Positions 1-11,544 of a stretch of 64,000 nucleotides of DNA are shown here, piece after piece. This DNA is from Flectonema sp. DT1601 (Eukaryota), in NCBI GenBank assembly GCA_964019425.1, contig OZ025780.1:1-64000 (forward strand), read 5' to 3'. Numbering within the stretch: position 1 is the first letter of the stretch; each line of letters begins with the position of its first letter. The notes under the pieces are model-generated. The model was not told where the DNA came from. It did not search any database and saw only the letters and a list, made by a program, of their open reading frames with translations. The translations under genes were made by a program, and so were the position numbers.

Positions 1-3000
1 TGCGGGTTTGCGGGTTTGCGGGTTTGCGGGTTTGCGGGTTTGCGGGTTTGCGGGTTTGCGGGTTTGCGGGTTTGCGGGTTTGCGGGTTTGCGGGTTTGCG
101 GGTTTGCGGGTTTGCGGGTTTGCGGGTTTGCGGGTTTGCGGGTTTGCGGGTTTGCGGGTTTGCGGGTTTGCGGGTTTGCGGGTTTGCGGGTTTGCGGGTT
201 TGCGGGTTTGCGGGTTTGCGGGTTTGCGGGTTTGCGGGTTTGCGGGTTTGCGGGTTTGCGGGTTTGCGGGTTTGCGGGTTTGCGGGTTTGCGGGTTTGCG
301 GGTTTGCGGGTTTGCGGGTTTGCGGGTTTGCGGGTTTGCGGGTTTGCGGGTTTGCGGGTTTGCGGGTTTGCGGGTTTGCGGGTTTGCGGGTTTGCGGGTT
401 TGCGGGTTTGCGGGTTTGCGGGTTTGCGGGTTTGCGGGTTTGCGGGTTTGCGGGTTTGCGGGTTTGCGGGTTTGCGGGTTTGCGGGTTTGCGGGTTTGCG
501 GGTTTGCGGGTTTGCGGGTTTGCGGGTTTGCGGGTTTGCGGGTTTGCGGGTTTGCGGGTTTGCGGGTTTGCGGGTTTGCGGGTTTGCGGGTTTGCGGGTT
601 TGCGGGTTTGCGGGTTTGCGGGTTTGCGGGTTTGCGGGTTTGCGGGTTTGCGGGTTTGCGGGTTTGCGGGTTTGCGGGTTTGCGGGTTTGCGGGTTTGCG
701 GGTTTGCGGGTTTGCGGGTTTGCGGGTTTGCGGGTTTGCGGGTTTGCGGGTTTGCGGGTTTGCGGGTTTGCGGGTTTGCGGGTTTGCGGGTTTGCGGGTT
801 TGCGGGTTTGCGGGTTTGCGGGTTTGCGGGTTTGCGGGTTTGCGGGTTTGCGGGTTTGCGGGTTTGCGGGTTTGCGGGTTTGCGGGTTTGCGGGTTTGCG
901 GGTTTGCGGGTTTGCGGGTTTGCGGGTTTGCGGGTTTGCGGGTTTGCGGGTTTGCGGGTTTGCGGGTTTGCGGGTTTGCGGGTTTGCGGGTTTGCGGGTT
1001 TGCGGGTTTGCGGGTTTGCGGGTTTGCGGGTTTGCGGGTTTGCGGGTTTGCGGGTTTGCGGGTTTGCGGGTTTGCGGGTTTGCGGGTTTGCGGGTTTGCG
1101 GGTTTGCGGGTTTGCGGGTTTGCGGGTTTGCGGGTTTGCGGGTTTGCGGGTTTGCGGGTTTGCGGGTTTGCGGGTTTGCGGGTTTGCGGGTTTGCGGGTT
1201 TGCGGGTTTGCGGGTTTGCGGGTTTGCGGGTTTGCGGGTTTGCGGGTTTGCGGGTTTGCGGGTTTGCGGGTTTGCGGGTTTGCGGGTTTGCGGGTTTGCG
1301 GGTTTGCGGGTTTGCGGGTTTGCGGGTTTGCGGGTTTGCGGGTTTGCGGGTTTGCGGGTTTGCGGGTTTGCGGGTTTGCGGGTTTGCGGGTTTGCGGGTT
1401 TGCGGGTTTGCGGGTTTGCGGGTTTGCGGGTTTGCGGGTTTGCGGGTTTGCGGGTTTGCGGGTTTGCGGGTTTGCGGGTTTGCGGGTTTGCGGGTTTGCG
1501 GGTTTGCGGGTTTGCGGGTTTGCGGGTTTGCGGGTTTGCGGGTTTGCGGGTTTGCGGGTTTGCGGGTTTGCGGGTTTGCGGGTTTGCGGGTTTGCGGGTT
1601 TGCGGGTTTGCGGGTTTGCGGGTTTGCGGGTTTGCGGGTTTGCGGGTTTGCGGGTTTGCGGGTTTGCGGGTTTGCGGGTTTGCGGGTTTGCGGGTTTGCG
1701 GGTTTGCGGGTTTGCGGGTTTGCGGGTTTGCGGGTTTGCGGGTTTGCGGGTTTGCGGGTTTGCGGGTTTGCGGGTTTGCGGGTTTGCGGGTTTGCGGGTT
1801 TGCGGGTTTGCGGGTTTGCGGGTTTGCGGGTTTGCGGGTTTGCGGGTTTGCGGGTTTGCGGGTTTGCGGGTTTGCGGGTTTGCGGGTTTGCGGGTTTGCG
1901 GGTTTGCGGGTTTGCGGGTTTGCGGGTTTGCGGGTTTGCGGGTTTGCGGGTTTGCGGGTTTGCGGGTTTGCGGGTTTGCGGGTTTGCGGGTTTGCGGGTT
2001 TGCGGGTTTGCGGGTTTGCGGGTTTGCGGGTTTGCGGGTTTGCGGGTTTGCGGGTTTGCGGGTTTGCGGGTTTGCGGGTTTGCGGGTTTGCGGGTTTGCG
2101 GGTTTGCGGGTTTGCGGGTTTGCGGGTTTGCGGGTTTGCGGGTTTGCGGGTTTGCGGGTTTGCGGGTTTGCGGGTTTGCGGGTTTGCGGGTTTGCGGGTT
2201 TGCGGGTTTGCGGGTTTGCGGGTTTGCGGGTTTGCGGGTTTGCGGGTTTGCGGGTTTGCGGGTTTGCGGGTTTGCGGGTTTGCGGGTTTGCGGGTTTGCG
2301 GGTTTGCGGGTTTGCGGGTTTGCGGGTTTGCGGGTTTGCGGGTTTGCGGGTTTGCGGGTTTGCGGGTTTGCGGGTTTGCGGGTTTGCGGGTTTGCGGGTT
2401 TGCGGGTTTGCGGGTTTGCGGGTTTGCGGGTTTGCGGGTTTGCGGGTTTGCGGGTTTGCGGGTTTGCGGGTTTGCGGGTTTGCGGGTTTGCGGGTTTGCG
2501 GGTTTGCGGGTTTGCGGGTTTGCGGGTTTGCGGGTTTGCGGGTTTGCGGGTTTGCGGGTTTGCGGGTTTGCGGGTTTGCGGGTTTGCGGGTTTGCGGGTT
2601 TGCGGGTTTGCGGGTTTGCGGGTTTGCGGGTTTGCGGGTTTGCGGGTTTGCGGGTTTGCGGGTTTGCGGGTTTGCGGGTTTGCGGGTTTGCGGGTTTGCG
2701 GGTTTGCGGGTTTGCGGGTTTGCGGGTTTGCGGGTTTGCGGGTTTGCGGGTTTGCGGGTTTGCGGGTTTGCGGGTTTGCGGGTTTGCGGGTTTGCGGGTT
2801 TGCGGGTTTGCGGGTTTGCGGGTTTGCGGGTTTGCGGGTTTGCGGGTTTGCGGGTTTGCGGGTTTGCGGGTTTGCGGGTTTGCGGGTTTGCGGGTTTGCG
2901 GGTTTGCGGGTTTGCGGGTTTGCGGGTTTGCGGGTTTGCGGGTTTGCGGGTTTGCGGGTTTGCGGGTTTGCGGGTTTGCGGGTTTGCGGGTTTGCGGGTT

Positions 3001-6000
3001 TGCGGGTTTGCGGGTTTGCGGGTTTGCGGGTTTGCGGGTTTGCGGGTTTGCGGGTTTGCGGGTTTGCGGGTTTGCGGGTTTGCGGGTTTGCGGGTTTGCG
3101 GGTTTGCGGGTTTGCGGGTTTGCGGGTTTGCGGGTTTGCGGGTTTGCGGGTTTGCGGGTTTGCGGGTTTGCGGGTTTGCGGGTTTGCGGGTTTGCGGGTT
3201 TGCGGGTTTGCGGGTTTGCGGGTTTGCGGGTTTGCGGGTTTGCGGGTTTGCGGGTTTGCGGGTTTGCGGGTTTGCGGGTTTGCGGGTTTGCGGGTTTGCG
3301 GGTTTGCGGGTTTGCGGGTTTGCGGGTTTGCGGGTTTGCGGGTTTGCGGGTTTGCGGGTTTGCGGGTTTGCGGGTTTGCGGGTTTGCGGGTTTGCGGGTT
3401 TGCGGGTTTGCGGGTTTGCGGGTTTGCGGGTTTGCGGGTTTGCGGGTTTGCGGGTTTGCGGGTTTGCGGGTTTGCGGGTTTGCGGGTTTGCGGGTTTGCG
3501 GGTTTGCGGGTTTGCGGGTTTGCGGGTTTGCGGGTTTGCGGGTTTGCGGGTTTGCGGGTTTGCGGGTTTGCGGGTTTGCGGGTTTGCGGGTTTGCGGGTT
3601 TGCGGGTTTGCGGGTTTGCGGGTTTGCGGGTTTGCGGGTTTGCGGGTTTGCGGGTTTGCGGGTTTGCGGGTTTGCGGGTTTGCGGGTTTGCGGGTTTGCG
3701 GGTTTGCGGGTTTGCGGGTTTGCGGGTTTGCGGGTTTGCGGGTTTGCGGGTTTGCGGGTTTGCGGGTTTGCGGGTTTGCGGGTTTGCGGGTTTGCGGGTT
3801 TGCGGGTTTGCGGGTTTGCGGGTTTGCGGGTTTGCGGGTTTGCGGGTTTGCGGGTTTGCGGGTTTGCGGGTTTGCGGGTTTGCGGGTTTGCGGGTTTGCG
3901 GGTTTGCGGGTTTGCGGGTTTGCGGGTTTGCGGGTTTGCGGGTTTGCGGGTTTGCGGGTTTGCGGGTTTGCGGGTTTGCGGGTTTGCGGGTTTGCGGGTT
4001 TGCGGGTTTGCGGGTTTGCGGGTTTGCGGGTTTGCGGGTTTGCGGGTTTGCGGGTTTGCGGGTTTGCGGGTTTGCGGGTTTGCGGGTTTGCGGGTTTGCG
4101 GGTTTGCGGGTTTGCGGGTTTGCGGGTTTGCGGGTTTGCGGGTTTGCGGGTTTGCGGGTTTGCGGGTTTGCGGGTTTGCGGGTTTGCGGGTTTGCGGGTT
4201 TGCGGGTTTGCGGGTTTGCGGGTTTGCGGGTTTGCGGGTTTGCGGGTTTGCGGGTTTGCGGGTTTGCGGGTTTGCGGGTTTGCGGGTTTGCGGGTTTGCG
4301 GGTTTGCGGGTTTGCGGGTTTGCGGGTTTGCGGGTTTGCGGGTTTGCGGGTTTGCGGGTTTGCGGGTTTGCGGGTTTGCGGGTTTGCGGGTTTGCGGGTT
4401 TGCGGGTTTGCGGGTTTGCGGGTTTGCGGGTTTGCGGGTTTGCGGGTTTGCGGGTTTGCGGGTTTGCGGGTTTGCGGGTTTGCGGGTTTGCGGGTTTGCG
4501 GGTTTGCGGGTTTGCGGGTTTGCGGGTTTGCGGGTTTGCGGGTTTGCGGGTTTGCGGGTTTGCGGGTTTGCGGGTTTGCGGGTTTGCGGGTTTGCGGGTT
4601 TGCGGGTTTGCGGGTTTGCGGGTTTGCGGGTTTGCGGGTTTGCGGGTTTGCGGGTTTGCGGGTTTGCGGGTTTGCGGGTTTGCGGGTTTGCGGGTTTGCG
4701 GGTTTGCGGGTTTGCGGGTTTGCGGGTTTGCGGGTTTGCGGGTTTGCGGGTTTGCGGGTTTGCGGGTTTGCGGGTTTGCGGGTTTGCGGGTTTGCGGGTT
4801 TGCGGGTTTGCGGGTTTGCGGGTTTGCGGGTTTGCGGGTTTGCGGGTTTGCGGGTTTGCGGGTTTGCGGGTTTGCGGGTTTGCGGGTTTGCGGGTTTGCG
4901 GGTTTGCGGGTTTGCGGGTTTGCGGGTTTGCGGGTTTGCGGGTTTGCGGGTTTGCGGGTTTGCGGGTTTGCGGGTTTGCGGGTTTGCGGGTTTGCGGGTT
5001 TGCGGGTTTGCGGGTTTGCGGGTTTGCGGGTTTGCGGGTTTGCGGGTTTGCGGGTTTGCGGGTTTGCGGGTTTGCGGGTTTGCGGGTTTGCGGGTTTGCG
5101 GGTTTGCGGGTTTGCGGGTTTGCGGGTTTGCGGGTTTGCGGGTTTGCGGGTTTGCGGGTTTGCGGGTTTGCGGGTTTGCGGGTTTGCGGGTTTGCGGGTT
5201 TGCGGGTTTGCGGGTTTGCGGGTTTGCGGGTTTGCGGGTTTGCGGGTTTGCGGGTTTGCGGGTTTGCGGGTTTGCGGGTTTGCGGGTTTGCGGGTTTGCG
5301 GGTTTGCGGGTTTGCGGGTTTGCGGGTTTGCGGGTTTGCGGGTTTGCGGGTTTGCGGGTTTGCGGGTTTGCGGGTTTGCGGGTTTGCGGGTTTGCGGGTT
5401 TGCGGGTTTGCGGGTTTGCGGGTTTGCGGGTTTGCGGGTTTGCGGGTTTGCGGGTTTGCGGGTTTGCGGGTTTGCGGGTTTGCGGGTTTGCGGGTTTGCG
5501 GGTTTGCGGGTTTGCGGGTTTGCGGGTTTGCGGGTTTGCGGGTTTGCGGGTTTGCGGGTTTGCGGGTTTGCGGGTTTGCGGGTTTGCGGGTTTGCGGGTT
5601 TGCGGGTTTGCGGGTTTGCGGGTTTGCGGGTTTGCGGGTTTGCGGGTTTGCGGGTTTGCGGGTTTGCGGGTTTGCGGGTTTGCGGGTTTGCGGGTTTGCG
5701 GGTTTGCGGGTTTGCGGGTTTGCGGGTTTGCGGGTTTGCGGGTTTGCGGGTTTGCGGGTTTGCGGGTTTGCGGGTTTGCGGGTTTGCGGGTTTGCGGGTT
5801 TGCGGGTTTGCGGGTTTGCGGGTTTGCGGGTTTGCGGGTTTGCGGGTTTGCGGGTTTGCGGGTTTGCGGGTTTGCGGGTTTGCGGGTTTGCGGGTTTGCG
5901 GGTTTGCGGGTTTGCGGGTTTGCGGGTTTGCGGGTTTGCGGGTTTGCGGGTTTGCGGGTTTGCGGGTTTGCGGGTTTGCGGGTTTGCGGGTTTGCGGGTT

Positions 6001-6607
6001 TGCGGGTTTGCGGGTTTGCGGGTTTGCGGGTTTGCGGGTTTGCGGGTTTGCGGGTTTGCGGGTTTGCGGGTTTGCGGGTTTGCGGGTTTGCGGGTTTGCG
6101 GGTTTGCGGGTTTGCGGGTTTGCGGGTTTGCGGGTTTGCGGGTTTGCGGGTTTGCGGGTTTGCGGGTTTGCGGGTTTGCGGGTTTGCGGGTTTGCGGGTT
6201 TGCGGGTTTGCGGGTTTGCGGGTTTGCGGGTTTGCGGGTTTGCGGGTTTGCGGGTTTGCGGGTTTGCGGGTTTGCGGGTTTGCGGGTTTGCGGGTTTGCG
6301 GGTTTGCGGGTTTGCGGGTTTGCGGGTTTGCGGGTTTGCGGGTTTGCGGGTTTGCGGGTTTGCGGGTTTGCGGGTTTGCGGGTTTGCGGGTTTGCCGGTT
6401 TGCGGGTTTGCGGGTTTGCGGGTTTGCGGGTTTGCGGGTTTGCGGGTTTGCGGGTTTGCGGGGTTTGCGGGTTTGCGGGTTTGCGGGTTTGCGGGTTTGC
6501 GGGTTTGCGGGTTTGCGGGTTTGCGGGTTTGCGGGTTTGCGGGTTTGCGGGTTTGCGGGTTTGCGGGTTTGCGGGTTTGCGGGTTTGCGGGTTTGCGGGT
6601 TTGCGGG
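1..6607 (+). repeat. Near-perfect tandem array of the 8-mer GGGTTTGC (telomere-like satellite), open at the window start
   Basis: Directly visible. About 825 units, with only two variants seen near the right edge (GCCGG at about 6395 and an extra G at about 6460). Confidence 0.99.
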
Positions 6608-6893
6608 GAATCACTTTTTTAGGATCAGCCATAGTTCTGGTATGGAACTTTTGGGAGTAGAAAGTAAGATGAAGCAAGTTATAAAGATATAACCTTGCAA
6701 AACTGGAATGTATACATGTACTAAAAGGAAAAGACTTGATAACTCATTCTTTCAATTTTATCTGCAGATGCTTTCTTTATTCTTCCCCATTAAGACAAAG
6801 AATAAATAACTAAGAATGGAATATTGATGAGATACTACTACTTACGAAGGGGTGAAGGTGTGACCAAGTAATGGCGGTCGGCCATGGCCCGGC
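6608..6893 (-). repeat. Split direct repeat B2 of element 1
   Basis: Near-identical to 7202-7487 (offset 594). Confidence 0.92.
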
Positions 6894-6915
6894 CGGGGGT
6901 TTAGGGAGGGTGGGA

Positions 6916-7201
6916 ATTTTAAATTATTAAATTAATTTAAAGATGCAAGAATGCCTGGAAAGGCAGATAGGCATAAACGAATCAATCGTAATGCACTATA
7001 AAAAAGATGGAAGAAACAAGTGGTCGTATTATACTATAGGCTCGACGAATCAATCATGTTGCACTATAATAAAACAAATGGTAAGACTGCTCACATTAAG
7101 AACTGATAAGACAATGGATTGCTACATAGAAATTTGTATCATAAGAATAAAGTGGTGAACTACAGCGCTGATCCTGAGAGATTCCCATATTGGTGTTAGG
7201 G
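6916..7201 (-). repeat. Split direct repeat A2 of element 1
   Basis: Near-identical to 11543-11828 (offset 4627). Confidence 0.92.
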
Positions 7202-7487
7202 GAATCACTTTTTTAGGATCAGCCATAGTTCTGGTATGGAACTTTTGGGAGTAGAAAGTAAGATGAAGCAAGTTATAAAGATATAACCTTGCAAAACTGG
7301 AATGTATACATGAACTAAAAGGAAAAGACTTGATAACTCATTCTTTCAATTTTATCTGCAGATGCTTTCTTTATTCTTCCCCATTAAGACAAAGAATAAA
7401 TAACTAAGAATGGAATATTGATGAGATACTACTACTTACGAAGGGGTGAAGGTGTGACCAAGTAATGGCGGTCGGCCATGGCCCGGC
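7202..7487 (-). repeat. Split direct repeat B1 of element 1 (overlaps the RT stop codon)
   Basis: Copy of 6608-6893. It abuts A2 and recreates the end-to-end junction tgtta-GGG-gaatc. Confidence 0.92.
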
Positions 7488-10233
7488 TACCACCACCCCC
7501 ACGCAAGTCAAAGAAACGCCCCAACGCAAGTGCTGCCTCGGAACGTTGTTGTTTGATATTAGCGCCGTCAGGACAAATGCGAGACGGAAAATCTGCTGGA
7601 TTGCATTTTGTAGAAACCCAGTTGAGCCTATAAGTGCATTGTAGTCTATTAAGATGATTCATAATGTAATTTACTTGTCTGTTGAGTGCCATGGAACGGA
7701 CTGACATGCCCTTCTTTGTTGAGTATAAGACGGTTGTATTATCCACGTAAATATCCAAATGTGATGCTTTCGAGATCGATCGAAGCGTAGAAGTAAGAGC
7801 AGTGGCCTCAAGGACGTTGATATGCTCACTACTTTCCTTCTCAGTCCATCGTGCCCCCAGGATGTCCATCTCATAATTATGATCAAAGATCACAGCTCCC
7901 CAGCCCTTCATGGAAGCGTCGACGAAGATCATCCTAGAATCATCATCATCATCATCTCTCTTCGTTTCCCCTACATGTACGTTCCGTGTTGTTAGTACCT
8001 CCTTAGACCAGTTTGAAATTTCCTTCCTAACTGAGCTGGGGATGGGCACCACGTGTTCAGTCTGAACGACCCCACGGTTTAATGAATTCGTGACCCTGCG
8101 AAAAAACTTTAGCGCAAACCAGTATTTACCAGGATGTATGTGAGTAATTGCCGAAGCATGTAGGAGGCGACCAGCTAAGCTTTCGATCTTCTCCGCGGTG
8201 ATGTTATCGAGGCAAGTATTAAGTATCCTCTTGCGTAGCTTTTCGGCGACGGCAACAGTACACCTAGTATGGTCAAACCTTACACCAAGAAAGTCGTATT
8301 CTTTAGCGAGTTCCTGAGTTTCTTCTTGCTTCCAAGTCACGTTACAACGTCTCGCCACCTCATTTATTCTTGTTGTTGCCTCATTTACACACCCGAATGA
8401 GCCAGTTATCCTGATATTGTCAATCCAAATATCGGTAACTACCCCCCGATATGTGAAAGCAGGCTTGGCAAATGTAGGATCGCCTGCAACAGTTGCTGTT
8501 AGAGAATGCATAATCTCAGGTGCCGCCATATGTCCCATCGGCAACCTGGTTAGCTCAAACCACTCCCCTCGCTCATCCTGGAATCTGAAATATTTCCTAG
8601 AGCGCTCAGGTATGGAAACCTGGTAAAACCCCGTCTTCAAGTCCCATTGGGATGATGTCTCCCTCGTCACTTGAGAGAGGTACTGAGCAATGTGCTCCAA
8701 GGGAACCTTCGGCTTGTACCCGAGTTCGTGCATCATCAAGTTGGCCTCCTTCGTCCACAAGATGAATCGCTGCCGTGTTCCAGTTATCCGTTCTTCAAGT
8801 ATTGTAAAGGGTATTGATTCCAATATCCCGGGGCTGCTTGTTTGGGTTGCAACCCCTGCCTCTACTAGCCGGCGTGCATGCTGAGACTGCAGACAAGACT
8901 CCCTGTGACTCTTTTTATACTGATGGCTTTGGTGAGTACCTTGCCGACACGGGTTGAACGTAAGGTCCCATACCTCTTCAAACCTCCTGCGTGTCCCATC
9001 GGTCATCATCCGTTTTACCTCTTGAACGTCAATGGTCCCCACTTCCTTTACGTGTAGAGGCGTCGCCCTCTCTTCCTCGGTTGAAGGGAGGCGAGTGGTC
9101 TTCGACTTCCGAGTGAAGTTCTGCATAAGTCTCCGCGCAGTTCTTGGAATTACAAATGTTGGGTTATGCGGCTTGTGTTCAGGGAGAGAGCCAGCGACCT
9201 GTCCGACCCTGCATATCTTAACGTCGTTTCTGATATCTGCTGGTTTGCCGTTTCGTGTTTGGCTAGTCGACTTATGAGCATCAGCGGAATAACTAATCCT
9301 GTCTGTTTCTTCTCGAAAATGAACTTTATTGCACCGCGTTTTATGCTGTGAGCACTGTAATTTTCCATGCGAGAATCCTTCTTCCAAAGTCCTGTGAGCT
9401 TTGCAGTGTCGACTTTTGTTAAACGATCGAAGAATCCCAACCTCATGATGGCTCTGTATATCTCCTCCGTCCATCTTCCGGTGATTACCGCGAACCTTGA
9501 AGCCGTGTACGGATTCTCCCTCTTTCCCTTCGGAATCTGGTTCCAGTCCACAATTACTGTTAAAGGGTCGCATTGAATGAAGCTGCCCGAGGACAGCGCC
9601 GCGACCTCCCCCCAGCGAGACATTGTTTTCCAGGCAATCATTGCGGCGGTTGAAGCCCCTAGCTCCTGTGTTTGACACCATTCTTCCAGGATTCCCCTTG
9701 GGATCGGAGTTGCTTGTGACTCGGGCACCGTAGCACCGTCTGCCCTTAGGGCCACCTGAAGGCTCCTGAGGGGTTGGTTTTCCATCCCGAGGTGTTTCAT
9801 AATACCCGACAATGCCTTTGCGTAGTTTAGTAAACTTTGTGACTTCGCCCCTGTAGCGGTTACGAATAAGACCGCAGAATTTGCATCCATGGGTAGGCTC
9901 CTGTCGGTGACCCACTTCACATACCTCGACCATAATCGTTTTCTCTGGTCGATGGTAGACACCGCCCACATCTTTCTTACGATGGCGCGTACCCGCTTCT
10001 CTGCTGCCTTTATGGTGACTTCGTCTTCTGATTGAGTCCTTCTTGTTGGTCTGCGTTGCAAGATCTGTAAAGTTGCTTGCTCCATTATTCCTTTTCCTTT
10101 GACCAACTCGTCTTGCCGCATTTTGGCGATCATGCTCCCGGTTTTTTTGCTTAATAAAGTTATACTTGGCCGGGTCCAAGTAAACTTCCTTTCCCGTACT
10201 GCGATTCAATTTTTCCGCACCTGCTGGGGCCAA
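7432..10233 (-). CDS. Pol: reverse transcriptase-RNase H of element 1; the N-terminal part overlaps the YR gene in the -1 frame
   Basis: RT motifs WDLKTGFYQV, RLPMGH, IWIDNI and YDFLGV. RNase H motifs FVDASMKGWG, HINVLEA, YVDN and NPADFPSR. The frame is uninterrupted. Confidence 0.92.
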   Translation of the reverse strand: MAPAGAEKLNRSTGKEVYLDPAKYNFIKQKNREHDRQNAARRVGQRKRNNGASNFTDLATQTNKKDSIRRRSHHKGSREAGTRHRKKDVGGVYHRPEKTIMVEVCEVGHRQEPTHGCKFCGLIRNRYRGEVTKFTKLRKGIVGYYETPRDGKPTPQEPSGGPKGRRCYGARVTSNSDPKGNPGRMVSNTGARGFNRRNDCLENNVSLGGGRGAVLGQLHSMRPFNSNCGLEPDSEGKEGESVHGFKVRGNHRKMDGGDIQSHHEVGILRSFNKSRHCKAHRTLEEGFSHGKLQCSQHKTRCNKVHFREETDRISYSADAHKSTSQTRNGKPADIRNDVKICRVGQVAGSLPEHKPHNPTFVIPRTARRLMQNFTRKSKTTRLPSTEEERATPLHVKEVGTIDVQEVKRMMTDGTRRRFEEVWDLTFNPCRQGTHQSHQYKKSHRESCLQSQHARRLVEAGVATQTSSPGILESIPFTILEERITGTRQRFILWTKEANLMMHELGYKPKVPLEHIAQYLSQVTRETSSQWDLKTGFYQVSIPERSRKYFRFQDERGEWFELTRLPMGHMAAPEIMHSLTATVAGDPTFAKPAFTYRGVVTDIWIDNIRITGSFGCVNEATTRINEVARRCNVTWKQEETQELAKEYDFLGVRFDHTRCTVAVAEKLRKRILNTCLDNITAEKIESLAGRLLHASAITHIHPGKYWFALKFFRRVTNSLNRGVVQTEHVVPIPSSVRKEISNWSKEVLTTRNVHVGETKRDDDDDDSRMIFVDASMKGWGAVIFDHNYEMDILGARWTEKESSEHINVLEATALTSTLRSISKASHLDIYVDNTTVLYSTKKGMSVRSMALNRQVNYIMNHLNRLQCTYRLNWVSTKCNPADFPSRICPDGANIKQQRSEAALALGRFFDLRGGGGSRAMADRHYLVTPSPLRK
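9150..10133 (-). CDS. Tyrosine recombinase of element 1
   Basis: Catalytic R (SRWGEV), HxxR (HSIKRG), H (LAKHE) and Y (TTLRY) in the correct order. Confidence 0.92.
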   Translation of the reverse strand: MIAKMRQDELVKGKGIMEQATLQILQRRPTRRTQSEDEVTIKAAEKRVRAIVRKMWAVSTIDQRKRLWSRYVKWVTDRSLPMDANSAVLFVTATGAKSQSLLNYAKALSGIMKHLGMENQPLRSLQVALRADGATVPESQATPIPRGILEEWCQTQELGASTAAMIAWKTMSRWGEVAALSSGSFIQCDPLTVIVDWNQIPKGKRENPYTASRFAVITGRWTEEIYRAIMRLGFFDRLTKVDTAKLTGLWKKDSRMENYSAHSIKRGAIKFIFEKKQTGLVIPLMLISRLAKHETANQQISETTLRYAGSDRSLALSLNTSRITQHL

Positions 10234-11544
10234 CGGCCTGGACCTAAAAAAGCCTTCGTTGGCTTTGGTTTCGGGGTCCAGGTGTTCTTATTTTTCTTCG
10301 AAGCTTTTTGAATTGACCTGTCGATGTAGTCGTGTTGATTGGCTTCCATTTCCGTCAATACATCGCTGAGCCTGGCCCCCCGTACAACATATCCTTGTTG
10401 TACACGAAGCAGCGATAGACTCCTATTTCCCAAGCTAACCATTTCAGGCATCCCCTCCCAGGAGTTTACCTGTTCTGCCACCCTAATCCAGTCTACAAGC
10501 ATTTCGAAATATGCGAGTAGTACTCGGTCACCTGGTTTGACGGTGGTACAACCGTTGGTGTATTTAAAACGCAAGTCTCTAATGAGACCGGTCGCGTCCT
10601 CCTCAATGGCATCTTTCCATTGTAAGACATCCTTCGAGTCCTCGATTCTCTTAGTTGTAAAGAAAACCTTCGTTTGTGTTGGGGACGTCTGTAATGTGGG
10701 AGCATCCTCCGGAACATTTCTGTTTGCAATTGCCGTCAGCCTGTCCACTCGTTCGTCCGAAGCGGCAGATTGTTCGAGCCCCGTCACCGATTGAGAGGTA
10801 GACCTCTTCGCGGCATCCTCCAAACTCTTCAAGATCCTGTCGATCTTTTTATCCTGGGCTACAGCCATTTCACGATTTTCGGTCCCGCATCTTCGCCATC
10901 TCCGAATGTTGATCCCTGATCGCCGAATCAGTCATCCCAGCCAAATTGCTTGTATTCTGGCCTTGGCGAGATAATTCGTCGGCAATAATGGCGTGTCCCT
11001 GCTCCAATGCCTGTTGACGGTTTCTCACGTTAACAGTTTCATGCTCCAATACAGTCTGTCTCTGCCCCGCTGAATTCAAAGCTTGCGAGGTAACTTGTTC
11101 AAGAACCGCTTGCCTCTGCACGGTGTTTGATACCACTTGGCTCGCACCCTCCATAACATGGTGAAACTCCGTACGGGAGACGGGTAAACCCTCCGTCACC
11201 CCACATGCTCGTAGCATTTCATCGAATCTCTGCACATTCCTGTTTCGCAGATGTGAGAGCATAACTTCCTTTGGCCTCATCGCTATTCCTTGCAACGAGT
11301 CTCTCGAAACACCCAGGAGGGCCATCAACATATCATTAATGATGCTCTCAGCTTGATGCTGTACACACCATCCCCCTAAGTTCATTCTTACGTCATCCAT
11401 TTTGTATGTACCTCGTTTTAACTCCTCTTCGCCGAAAGTGCTTTTCCAAGCATCTTCCAAACTTGAAGGAAATCTAAAATCGTACGTACTTATTACAGTC
11501 GAGGGGGATGGTTGGTCGATTATCATAGGCGTTTGTTGATCCAT
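10206..11544 (-). CDS. Gag-like ORF1 of element 1, split into two ORFs (10870-11544 and 10206-10868) by an apparent 1-nt indel near 10880
   Basis: First ORF of the element, with a coiled-coil-like middle. The N-terminal YDFRFPSSL..W motif is shared with the gags of elements 2 and 3, and the C-terminal half resembles element 3 gag (LVKLG/MVSLG..L..LR.Q). Confidence 0.75.

Noticed and set aside
8..6692. Three ORFs of about 2200 aa made of LRVCGFAG repeats (and ORFs at 11723-12191)
   Set aside because: A by-product of an 8-mer that has no stop codon in any frame. No coding evidence.
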